DNA of 63,997 nt, filler included, from Ionaspis alba (lineage: Eukaryota): NCBI GenBank assembly GCA_964255285.1. It is 4 parts of 4 records of this genome, joined end to end, with 100 filler letters (N's around TTAATTAATTAA, not from the genome) between each part and the next. Parts side by side here need not be neighbours in the genome. Positions count along the whole stretch, not along the records: positions 51,054 to 63,997 come from CAXUUL010000482.1; 3 more parts are not named here. One strand, written 5' to 3'. Under the pieces are notes generated by a model that made no database searches, was not told the DNA's origin, and saw only the letters and a program-made list of their open reading frames with translations. A program made the position numbers and the translations under genes. This document shows positions 52,993 to 63,997 of the stretch, one piece after another. Position 1 is the first letter of the stretch; each line of letters begins with the position of its first letter.

Positions 52993-53022
52993 CTATCGCC
53001 CGCAATCGGGGGACTCCGATAG
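52993..53022. promoter_or_regulatory. UaY-type site TCGG-N6-CCGA with flanking GATA (AreA-type) sites upstream of uricase
   Basis: TCGG GGGACT CCGA at 53006-53019, CGATAG at 53017-53022 (+) and at 52998-52993 (-), about 180 nt upstream of the uricase ATG. Confidence 0.8.
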
Positions 53023-53417
53023 GCGCTTTCTGCAAGTGCCTCTGAAGCAAAAGTAATGGTAGGCCGCTACCACCCGTGGATCAGACTATGGCTGTACCGA
53101 TCCGTTTACTTGATGCAACTAAGTTCTGCTGATCGAAGTCATTGCCACTATCAAGTGAGATTTGTTGTGCCATACTTAAGTTGCGTTTGCGTTATCCTCT
53201 TGCTATTCTACACCAGCATGCCCCTCGTCTTGAGTACCTGTACAGGGCTGAGGCTTGGCGACGATCATTCGCGGAACGCGGGGGATTACCTCAGGGCACG
53301 CGCAATCAAGACTAGAGNNNNNNNNNNNNNNNNNNNNNNNNNNNNNNNNNNNNNNNNNNNNNNNNNNNNNNNNNNNNNNNNNNNNNNNNNNNNNNNNNNN
53401 NNNNNNNNNNNNNNNNN

Positions 53418-56400
53418 CCTTCCACCGGGATTGGTTCTTCCATCACACCAACCCAGGCCAATGCCTTCAAACAAGCACGCTCAGGGTCTGCTACGGAGGG
53501 AGATGAGATCTATAGTGTCAAGGATGGTCTATACCCCCCCTCAAGGGCTGGAAAGGATGGTCGGTCACACTCGAATGCGAGCGTGTTCGGCCCACGAGGA
53601 ATGTCTCTTGCTACCTCTGGGGCTCAGCCGGGAAGCTTCAGTTCTGATATGAAGATCATGAGTAATAGTCGGATGGCTTCGTCAAGGCCGAATCTCAGTG
53701 CATATCCTAGTAGGGATGAAGTACCTTTCGACGATAGCTGCGCGTCTGAGAAACGGCAGGCAGAATTCAAGGACAAGATCAATAAGGAGATGAAGATCAA
53801 GATTGGCTCGGAAAATCTACTGGAAGCGCTACTTTCGAAGAATGCCAAACAAACCAAGGAGCAAAGGTTGAGGGTCGAATCAGAACTAAGCACCTCTAAT
53901 CGACGGATTGCTGAGTGGAAGATACAGCTCGAGGAGGAGATTGAGCGTTCCAAGCGACCTAGCACACCAAGCCAAAGTCGGCTGTCCTCTCTGTTCCGCG
54001 GCAGCCCATTGAGATCACCTATCCGGATAGACTCCAATCCCAATGGTGATCAGTACGAAGTCGAAGCTGCCTTTGACGCCGAATCTCCAACCTACGCTTT
54101 GGCTGAGATTCTACAATCACTGGAGGAGGAAGGTATGCAGCCTGATTATTACGTTTCAAGAGCCAACAGACTTGCGGAGCTCTTGAAGCGGCATCCAACA
54201 CTGAAGTATGACCTGGCATGGTCTACTTTTGGGCTTCGTGTACAAACCATGCTGTTAAGCGAAAGTCGAGATGTCGTTGCTGCTGGATTCCGAGTTACCA
54301 GGCATGCTATAGCGGACAGAAAATCCTTGCAGACTATCAGAGCTCTACAGACCGACTCGCTAGTGATATTGTCTCTCGTCAAGGAGAGTAAGGCCACGAT
54401 AGAACGCGAGCAAGCCCTCAAATTTGTTCGAGCATTTCTTGATGTCAAAGACGGTGTTCAAGAGCTCTCCAACGCTGTGGTTAGGACGATCGTCTCAATT
54501 GCAGAGCATTATGAGGACCGCCTGCGAAACATAGCCATCTTAACCTTGACTGAGATCCTTGTCAAAGACGCGGCGTTGGTAGTCGTTGCGGGAGGTATTG
54601 CACCACTGACAGACGCTCTGGGAGATGGGAATTATCCAGGATGCGAGAGTCTCGTTTCCGCTTTATTGCACATGAATGACACTCCACGCTTGCGCAAATT
54701 GCTTCTCTCTGGACGGGAGCTTGAGGCACCTTTTGCACCCTTCACAGATCCACTGGCCGTACATAGTCATGAGGATAGACTGAAGATGAATGTCAGATCC
54801 GTGGCAACCATATTGAACACCTGGCCTGGTTTGTTCAACTTGGCTAAAGGAAGATTCGCCGCCGTTCGCTCACTCCTGTTCTCTTTGTTTCATCCATCAC
54901 TATTTGTAAGGGACCTGATGTTAGACCTGTTGTTCGACGTCCTGCATATCAAGCCTCCTTCATGGACATCTTCGTTTCTTGCTGGTCGGAGACTGACAAC
55001 TTATGGGCGCGTCACCAACCTGAGGGCGAATTCTGCGACACAGCAGTCACAGATCGAGAGTGAGGATGACATTAATCGCGTCAACCTTGTTGATCATTAT
55101 ACAGCATTGGTATTAGCTATTCTGCTTGAGTGTGGGTTGATAAAGGTAGGACTCCTGTGTCTCGTGGCTTGGCTTAGGTCTAATATTAGGACTACAGGCG
55201 CTGTCTGGCCTCATACAGGAAGCGATCGATCCGTCGTTGAAACGAAAGACAACTCTCCTCCTGGGCGAGATATTGAAACTTGCAAACCATGCTCTTCCTA
55301 GTGGTCTGAGTGCTGGCGTGCAAATTCTACCAACCTTAATGGACCTCTCTCTAGACACTGAGGATGAAGAAACAGACGAAGAGTCTTTGGCTTCTAATAT
55401 GGTTTACCAAGTCGATAGCGTGATTCGAACCCTATATAGATCAGGTGCTCCTGCGAAGAGCACAGAGAAGTCGAGCATTTCAAAGAAGGATCTCGCTTCT
55501 GTTTCTCAGCCAGTGAACTCTGGGACATCCAAGCTTAGTGTCGATATGGACGAGATTCAATTCAGGTCGCTGCTGGTCGAGACACAAGTGGTCAACACGG
55601 TCAATTTCCTCAAATGGAAGTGGGATCTCATTAATGATATTATCGAAGGACCGCTACGAAATCCCAAGCGCCTAGATGATGCGATCAAAGGAACGAAGTT
55701 TCTCAAGAGACTAGTTGGCTTTTACAGACCTTTCAAATACAGATTCTCCAAAACAAGGAATACAAAGCCAAATCAACGTTATGTGCGAACTGGCTGTGCC
55801 TTGATGAAGACCTTGTTGCAAACGACGGAGGGTGTACAGTATCTTTCCGAGAGTAAAATGCTTGCCCAACTTGCAGAGTGCCTGGCACAACTAGATCGAG
55901 TACGTCCAGCCACGTTTGCATCAAAGACTACAAAGCTGACGGAATGTAGATGAGTGGATTGACATCTTCCTATCCTCTGTTCGGCGCCGAGCGCATATCA
56001 GAGACTCTTACTGGAGGATATTTTGCCATGTTGGGAACATTGAGCAGCGATCCTCAAGGTCTACTCATGTTGGGACGATGGAGAATGATCAACATGTTCT
56101 ACCACATTATCGACCTTAGGGATCGTGACGACCTGGTAGAGCTGCTGTTAGGCAACATGGACTTTACAATGTAAGTCGCTCGACCAACTCGATGGGAGTT
56201 ACGCTAAGCCAAACTAGAGATAGTCATTTACGTGTTATGCTCTCAAAGGCTCTGACATCTTCTCCTAAGGTAAGTCCATGGGATCAGGCTTTCAGACAAT
56301 GAGCACTAACGACGCGCAGGCTATCAGGATAAGCTCCACGAAGTTACTTCGGAAATACGCAACACAAGAGATATCCACGAACGAATCACAATCAATGGTG

Positions 56401-57798
56401 CCCACAGTGGCCTACTGGGCAATTCGTCTCCTTGTGACTCAACTATACGATCCAGATGTTGAGGTCAGCGAGGTTGCTGTGCAGATTCTACAAGAGGCGT
56501 GCAATCGAAAGCAATATCTCGAGTACGTCGTTAGGTGTCGTCCAGCATTGGACCATCTTGGCGAGATTGGCGCACCACTGCTCCTTCGGTAAGGTTGAGA
56601 CCTAAGATTTACTGCTCAAGAAAATTGACTTTAATGCTCAGATTCCTATCAACGTCACATGGTTACCAATACTTGCATGGTCTGGACTATATCACGCAGG
56701 AGATGGACGACTGGTTTCTGGTACAAAACTTACAATCTAGTCTATATGTTCGAGTGCTAACAAGCCTCTCATAGGGACGCAACGAAAAGTACGTGATGTT
56801 GGTAGAGGCCTCGCTAAGTCGAGCCTTCTCGCACGAGTCACATCGACCAAGCTCTGCACAGGAAGACTCTATGCTTCACCAACAACTCGGTATAGTCCCA
56901 CCGCATTTCTACAGAGAATTGACAAGAACCGTGGAGGGCTGTAAGCTACTTCGAGACTCGGGTCACTTTGAAGACTTCGTCTCCACCATCCAGGATTCTT
57001 GGGCAGAGAAAGAAGATCCAGAAACAATGCTCAAAGTCAAGGGTTGCCTATGGGCGGTTGGCAATGTTGGGTCTATGGAACTTGGCGCACCGTTTCTTGA
57101 AGAGTCGAATGCTGTGAGCGATATTATTAGGATTGTCGAGAGATCTGAAGTCATGACAATGCGAGGTACGGCGTTCTTCGTTCTCGGCTTGATCTCGCGG
57201 AGTCTACACGGCATGGAAATATTGGCAGAACATGGGTGGGATGCAGCGACGGATGGCCTTGGACAGTCTCTGGGGTATTGTCTGCCACCTTCATTGGACA
57301 TTCTGTTCTCGGTATGTTTTGGATAGCAGGACCTACAGTTTGAGTAAGAGCTGACGATCCTCAAGGTCGACGATGAGCGAAAAGAGTACCAAGTACCACA
57401 ACCGGGACTTTCTCTTGCGGACCTTTCTTTAGAAGTCGACGATCCCGTGGAAGCCAGAGTTATCACCTTGACAATCGACCTTGGCAATACTGTGCTCACG
57501 AAAAGGGCTGCCGGGGAACTGCATAGGTACGGTTTTCTTCCCAATCCCAACTGTTGGAGTACTGACAGGAGATAGTATCAAAACGAAGAGCCCAGGCTTA
57601 TTCAAATCCGTACGACTCTTTCGGAAAATCATGCATATTCTCGAATGCCACAATTATCGACTACCGGTGCGGCGTCATGTCATCGACATGTTCGACAAAG
57701 ATGTCATGAGGCAGATGGTTCTGGAAGAGCATTCCGACGATGAAGTCGAATCCGAACCAACCACAGCGAGACCTACCATCATGGCGCAATCGACATGA
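53418..57798 (+). CDS. AVO3: TORC2 subunit Rictor/Avo3 (start probably in gap 53318-53417)
   Basis: HR1-like KINKEMKIKIGSENLLEAL, EREQALKFVRAF, PPHFYRELTRT and KGCLWAVGNVGS...MRGTAFFVLGLIS. Eight GT-AG introns traced, and the frame stays open back to the gap. Confidence 0.93.
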
Positions 57799-59383
57799 GG
57801 ATGGTTGTCAGGAACAATGGTCTCCACTTAGCATTATTTGCAGCATAGCGATGGAGTTTACTTGCAGTAGCATCAGAGATGGTTGTTGAGGCGCAATGTG
57901 GATCTACAGGGGCATCTCAAAAAAGAAGTTTGGCCTAAGCATTACTATAGATCTATGCATGGCTTGCACGGCGATTGGATGTGAATCCATTCCGATCTGC
58001 TGCTCTCGGAAAGCATATCTACAATGTGTGTTTGAGAGTTGGATGGAGTAATTACGCGTGGCTCATCCACCACACTGCAAAGAGTTGCACCGGAGAGGCT
58101 CCGAGNNNNNNNNNNNNNNNNNNNNNNNNNNNNNNNNNNNNNNNNNNNNNNNNNNNNNNNNNNNNNNNNNNNNNNNNNNNNNNNNNNNNNNNNNNNNNNN
58201 NNNNNATTACGCGTGGCTCATCCACCACACTGCAAAGAGTTGCACCGGAGAGGCTCCGAGTAGTGGTGATTGGATCAAGCTGGCTTGGCATTGAAAGTGA
58301 GAAAGCCATAAGACGCACTCACATCCACCCGGATAAAAGCAGGGGTGGTCGTGGATGGTGAAGGATCACGGAGAGCAACTCCGCTGCCTAAATGGCTGAA
58401 TTGCCATGATAGTCACGATGGCAAAGTCATTGAGACTAGGGTCGTGATGATGGGAAAGCGAGTACTGAAGGTATACATTTTCTACCAATGATTTTTCTTT
58501 GCGCGAAAAAAATAATATAAATAGTGGAAATGCTTCAAAGAGTATGTAGACACCAGCCGTTGGTTCCACGCTGCCATAACCCTCACTAATTAAATAACTA
58601 ACACCTCGGCCTGTCAACAAGTAGTATCGTATTTTTCTGTCCGGTGGGTGCAGGAGCTGTATGGTGACATCATCGACCTGCCTTAGCCGGGGGACAGACG
58701 CACACAATTTGCAGTCGTAGAGCAGGCAAGCAGCCGCTTTGCACTAATAAGACCCATTCTCGGCTTTCGATCTGATACCGTCCCAGTAGAGTGACGCGAT
58801 CCTGGCAGAATTTGCGCTACGGCAAGGGCCATTGCGATCGAGCAGTGTCGTTGCTGGTGCATTCGGTCGGAGCACTAACTAAAGCAGGACTAAATGTGGC
58901 TCAATTGACCCTTCCGCCACAGCTCGGCGTCCGGACTTTCAAGGCTGCGATATCCTTGTGACTCTCTATTGCAGTCTTGTCGTCGTTGATTCAATAAGCC
59001 GTCGTTGTGATATTCTAAGCCGCTCGGTCTACCACACAGCGAGATCACGTTCACTTAAGGTCTATCAAAGAAGCTTGCTACACAAACTACGCACTATCCA
59101 CACTCATACACTCATACTCCTGTCATCATCTTTTCGCTGAATAAGTTGCTGCAGCAGTTGTTGCTAGAAACCACCGCATCGTACAGCCTCAAAAATACTT
59201 TGTCACACAAGGCGCAAATACAATTTCTAACGAAGATCCTCTTACTGGTATTGCACGACCACCGAACAGACCACATCTCCAATCAGCAGTCCTTGGAGAC
59301 AAACAACCACTTCCTCCACGATACTCCTGCACGATAAGAGTTGCATGGCGAAACAAAGCCAAGAAACTGCCATCTGAATACAG

Positions 59384-61428
59384 ATGAGTTTGTTCCATCG
59401 ACAAGGGTCAGCACTTCCCGCCCCTCTCGACGGACTTGAGGGGCAGGCCGCTTTGCAATCCGACAATTTGATGATTGGGAGCAATGAGAAAGCCGCCAAC
59501 CCACAACATCCTCCTGGCCTTGACCCTTACATTGATGCTAGGTCAATCATCCGGATCATCCAGTGCAAACAATGCTCTCTACCCATCCAGTCACCGATGA
59601 CCTTACCATGCGGCAATTCCATATGTCGAAAATGCCTTCCCGAACTTCACAAACGAGAGAACATCTCTTATCCTATGACACCCAGCCGGCAAGAAGGCTT
59701 CACCTGTCCATTTCCAGACTGTGGGCAAGACCACTCTCTCGGCGATTGCAGTCATGATGTTACATTGTCAAAAATATTAGAAAGAGTGGGCATAGAGATA
59801 GCACGCATCAGGCCTCTTACGAGCGAAACCCCGACGTTGCTGGATGAGAGACCGAAATGGAGGAATATTGTTGACAGCTCGGATCTGAAAGATCAGCCAT
59901 CGTCGAGGGTGCTACATGGAGGACGACTGGTTGCAACATATACAATGGCAGAGATAGGAGATCTGAGATACGATTCCGAGGTATCGTATCAGACCATGTC
60001 ACCCATTGCCGACAATTACCAGCATCTGGACATTGCCATGTTGGAGCACTTGAAGGAAGTGACAAGGAGTGAGCTGGATTGCCAAGTATGCTATGCTCTC
60101 ATGCTGGATCCACTCACGACTACCTGTGGACATACCTTCTGTCGCAAGTGTGTTGCTCGGGTACTGGATCATTCAAATCTCTGTCCCATCTGTCGCCGTA
60201 CTCTCCACATGCCTCCAGGTGTGCAGAACGAACCGAGCAACAAGCGTCTGTCTCAAATCCTCTTGAGCTTATGTCCCGAACATGTTGCTGCAAGAGCTGA
60301 AGCATCCGCCGAAGAAGAGGCTTCCATGTCAGGCGAACAGAGCATGCCGCTCTTCGTCTGTACCCTTGCCTATCCTTCCATGCCGACCTTCCTCCACGTC
60401 TTTGAGCCTCGATATAGACTCATGATGCGGCGAGCCATCGAGAGCGGAGACAGAAAATTCGGCATGATGCAATACAACCGACGAGGAGAGCCACAAGGCA
60501 ACCTCGGCCCCACACAATTCCTGGAATACGGCACCCTCCTCTACATCCTCAACATCCAACTCCTACCCGACGGCCGAAGTCTCGTCGAATCCGTCGGCGT
60601 CTCCCGTTTCCGCGTCAAAAGCTGGGCCATGCTAGACGGCTACGTAACCGGCAACATCGACCGCATCGACGACATCCCCCTGGCCGAAGAAGAGCACATC
60701 GAAGCGACCGAAGTTCGCAGCCACACCCCCAGCGACGATCCCCTCGCCCAACTAAACAGCATGTCAACGCGAGACCTACTACAAATCGGACTCGACTTCG
60801 TCGCCCGCATGCGCGCGGCCTCCGCCCCCTGGCTGCGGGACAACGTCATCGCCTCGTACGGATCTCCGCCCGACGACCCGGCTCTCTTCCCTTACTGGTT
60901 CGCCAGCATCCTGCCCATCAACGACGACGAGAAATACAAGCTTCTGCCGACCACGAGTGTCCGGGAACGCCTGAAGATTACTGCGCGCTGGGTGCGTAGG
61001 ATTGAGGCGCAACGATGGTTCGTCAAACTCTTTCCATGTCTTGCTACGCAGTCCCCCAAAGTCAATCCCTGAATTGGTTGTGCATTCTGCATCGCTGCCA
61101 CGTTCGTGAGTGAGTTCGAGCTCTTGTGCGAGATGCTTGAGTATTTTGCTCCGGTCTGACGGCTTGGTCTTGCGACTCTTGAAGGCCCTTACTCGAGCCG
61201 TTTGACTCTGACGATTTGGACTCGGATTCCGATGATGAATCCGACGACAACGACAACGACGACTATGACGGCTTCGTCGACGAGCCAGCCGACCAGGACC
61301 AGATTGAGCACCTCGCTACTGTTGCTGCGGCTGCGAACACAGTGACCACCAGTGCGCGATCTGAGAGCTCAAACTAACGCTTCCCCGTCTTCTGCAGGTC
61401 TTCGCATAGTGCCTGTACGGTTCTATGA
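59384..61428 (+). CDS. LONRF/CrgA-like RING ubiquitin ligase with LON substrate-binding domain
   Basis: Two RING-type fingers (CKQC..LPCGNSICRKC; CQVC...TTCGHTFCRKC...CPICR) and the LON-N motif PTFLHVFEPRYRLMMRR. Intron 61018-61397 leads to terminal exon WSSHSACTVL*. Confidence 0.92.
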
Positions 61429-62532
61429 CTAGCCGTTAGTTTCGCGATCGGCTTCGTGGCGTATTGGTTTGCTGTGCTTTCGAAGAGGAAGGAGGGGGAG
61501 ATTTGATGGAGGCTGAAGGGATGAGTTGATAGGAGGCATGGTGAAAGAAGGGGTGTTGTGGTGGGAGGAGGTGAGATGATTAGATGAATCTGTAGCTATG
61601 GAATGGCATGGGAGTAGCGTTTAAATTGGCATGGCTGCACGGCGAGGGAGTTTTTTTTTATATTTTTTTTTTGGCTTTTCGGGGGTGAGGAGATTTCATG
61701 GCATGAGATTGTATGGATGGGGTTTTCTTTGGGGCCTACGGTTTAGGACAGATGTGTCGATACCTCTTTCATTTGTTGCCTCTTGTGGTATGTGAGGCTT
61801 GCCTTTGAAATGGCTGGCTTGTATTGAGTGGTGGTTGTTGCTGTGCATTTGTTGGGAACTAGCCTGAGTTTAGGGGTTGCTGGATAAGCATGTCATTTAC
61901 TAAGCTCGATAGATAATGATATCTTGAGCGTTCATTGCTGTCATGCCTAAGGTGACCAAGAAGTCAGTATAAATAGAAACTTCTCTGGATCATGGTCTCT
62001 ACGCTCTCCGCTATGAGATAGATAGCGGAGATTCGCGATCATGCTTTTGGTCGTATCGTACTTTGGTGAGACGTGGTGAGAAGCACTACGAATTTAATGA
62101 GGCTAACTTGATGCCTCAACTCTGGGCCATGGTCACTGTCTTGATACTGGTAGCAGCCACAAGCTCTCTCTCTTCATAGATTGATTTCACCTGGCATGAG
62201 AATTGATGGTCTTCTACGTCGTCCCAATCAATGGTCTTAACTCACAAGTCGAACAAAAAGTCGTTCCAACAACCGTATACGACGATTTTCCAGGTCTTCC
62301 GTCCGGTTGTTTCTCTGATCTGGAATTGGTGAGCGCTGGTTTGATAATTTCAAGATCACCAAAGGGAGTAATATTGCTCGTCATAATTCAGTCAGAATTG
62401 TACTTCAGCTTTTACATGCAACGACTACATAGATAGCTGGTTACACAAAGGGCAGAGCATCAAAAAATGCACTCCGTATCTATCGTCGCCCCATCCCCAT
62501 CCCTATCCCCCACAACCACACACACCACCACA

Positions 62533-63137
62533 TCAACGATACGACTTCTGAAATCTCGACCTCGCGCCCTTTCCACCAAACTTCTTCGGCTCACACCGTC
62601 TATTATCCGCCACCAATAGCGTACGATCATATTGCACGAGGGTCTGCTTCAACTGATTCTTGGCATACTCGTCGATATATTTCTGGTAGTAGGCGACGAT
62701 GGATTTGGCAATGGCTTGGCGGATGGCGTAGATCTGGGAGGTGTGACCACCGCCCGTGACGCGGACGCGGATATCGACCATGGAGAATTTGTCGAGGCCG
62801 AGGAGGAGGAGAGGCTCGTAGACCTGTAGTGGGATGAGGGTTAGAGAGTCGTTCGTGGATGTGGAGTGAGGGAAGCCGAACCTTGAAACGGAGAATTTCG
62901 GGTTGCATGAGGGAGAGGGGTTTGCCATTGACTTTGACGAGACCTTTACCGGCCTGCAGATATCATGTGAGTTCTCTTGCCATAGTTGCGAGATTCGTAG
63001 GGAACCAAAATATACCTTGCAATGAGCCACCGCGGTTGCTACAGAGTGTTAGTTTGTTGCTCAATTCATCGTGGATATCATAGGCGCATACCGGTCTTCT
63101 TCTTGCCGAAACACTGCACACTCTGCGTGGAAGGCAT
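62533..63137 (-). CDS. RPS16: 40S ribosomal protein S16 (uS9)
   Basis: [33 protein letters not shown]...[17 protein letters not shown]...[19 protein letters not shown], with three introns. Confidence 0.98.
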
Positions 63138-63997
63138 CCTGGATAGATGACTTGCGCAGTAGTGATGGATAGAGTGAGTGCTGATTTAAGTCGATGGGAC
63201 TTCGATGAGGTCGGATTTTCGTGAGGATGTTAGCGTTGTGTGGACAGGGCTGACGCTCGCTTGAGAATTGGGCGCTAAGCAGTTTTAGACTGTTCGCCAT
63301 AACATTCTCCACGCAAATCCTACATTATATCTCGTGATACTACAGTGCCATGACTGAAGATGGCATGGCATAATGTTCAGAAGTGTCTACCTTTATTCGA
63401 GCAGGCCGTATGGCTGGGACGTCCTTTAACTAGACCACTGACATTCCAATATGCTCATCTATGAAGCAGCGCAGAGCCGTGCTCCTAAACGCCATGCCAT
63501 TAGCACTCCGTTCAACGGCCAAAGAAATACACATCATAGCGTGGCTTTGGCGATGATCGAGTCAGCTACATATCTCTGAAGCTATTGCAGCAATCCTTCT
63601 CGCCAATTATGAAACGGCGTGTTTGACGCGTATTGGGCGCAGCATACACAGCATGGGAATCCCTGCCAAATCCAGCAATTCCAAGACCAAAAGCCGCAGT
63701 GCCAGACCAGAGTGATTTGAAACGGAAATAGTGATCGATTCGGGCAAAGTATTGCTGTTGCAGTAGCCACTTAGAATTCATGGACATGTTTTTGGATCTT
63801 CGATATCATTGCAGAGAGGTAAAGTTTTCGAGCTATTCTAATCTTTGAGTTTCTCTGAGATGGAAGCTGCTGGTACTTTAGGTCAAGAACAGTCACGTGG
63901 GGTCGGCTGATTACGCGCAAGACATGCAACAAAACAGGGATTAAGAGCGGGTCGGTTCTGGATCTATCATCCCGTCTTCTGTCCCGATGCCAATCGC

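Noticed and set aside
58290..58310. U3 box-B-like AAAGTGAGAAAGCC
   Set aside because: Boxes A, C', C and D are not present in the expected order.

Overview
This is eukaryotic DNA from a filamentous ascomycete (Pezizomycotina), judged from short GT/GC-AG introns with CTRAY branch points and from the gene content. It is not one locus. Four scaffold segments (the first three ~16.9 kb, the last cut by the window end) are joined by artificial 44N-TTAATTAATTAA-44N linkers, and eight internal 100-N gaps are present, three of them flanked by 55-nt duplicated overlaps. I traced about 23 mostly housekeeping genes by hand: LAA2/DUF5102-like, two DUF6594 paralogues, NSP1, mitochondrial ATPase inhibitor, 14-3-3, Pex23/24-family peroxin, PAM16, ALO/GULO-like FAD oxidase, SIP5, VIP1, NDT80/PhoG factor, NPP, CYP53, steryl-ester lipase, GABA-type permease, PEX6, an unknown protein, uL13m, uricase, RICTOR/AVO3, LONRF/CrgA-like ligase and RPS16. 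There is also one disrupted AT-hook/F-box-like gene. I found no tRNA, rRNA, CRISPR array or intact transposon, and I cannot claim a wholly new system. The best leads are: (1) a LONRF gene whose last intron has two in-phase acceptors giving either a CaaX tail or an acidic tail; (2) a DUF6594 pair sharing a GC-AG intron, one copy lacking ~60 aa; (3) long structured introns in the divergent 14-3-3 and ATPase-inhibitor genes; (4) a uricase with an exact UaY site but no PTS1; (5) a metallothionein-like Cys cluster on VIP1. Family assignments come from motif recognition, not database searches.
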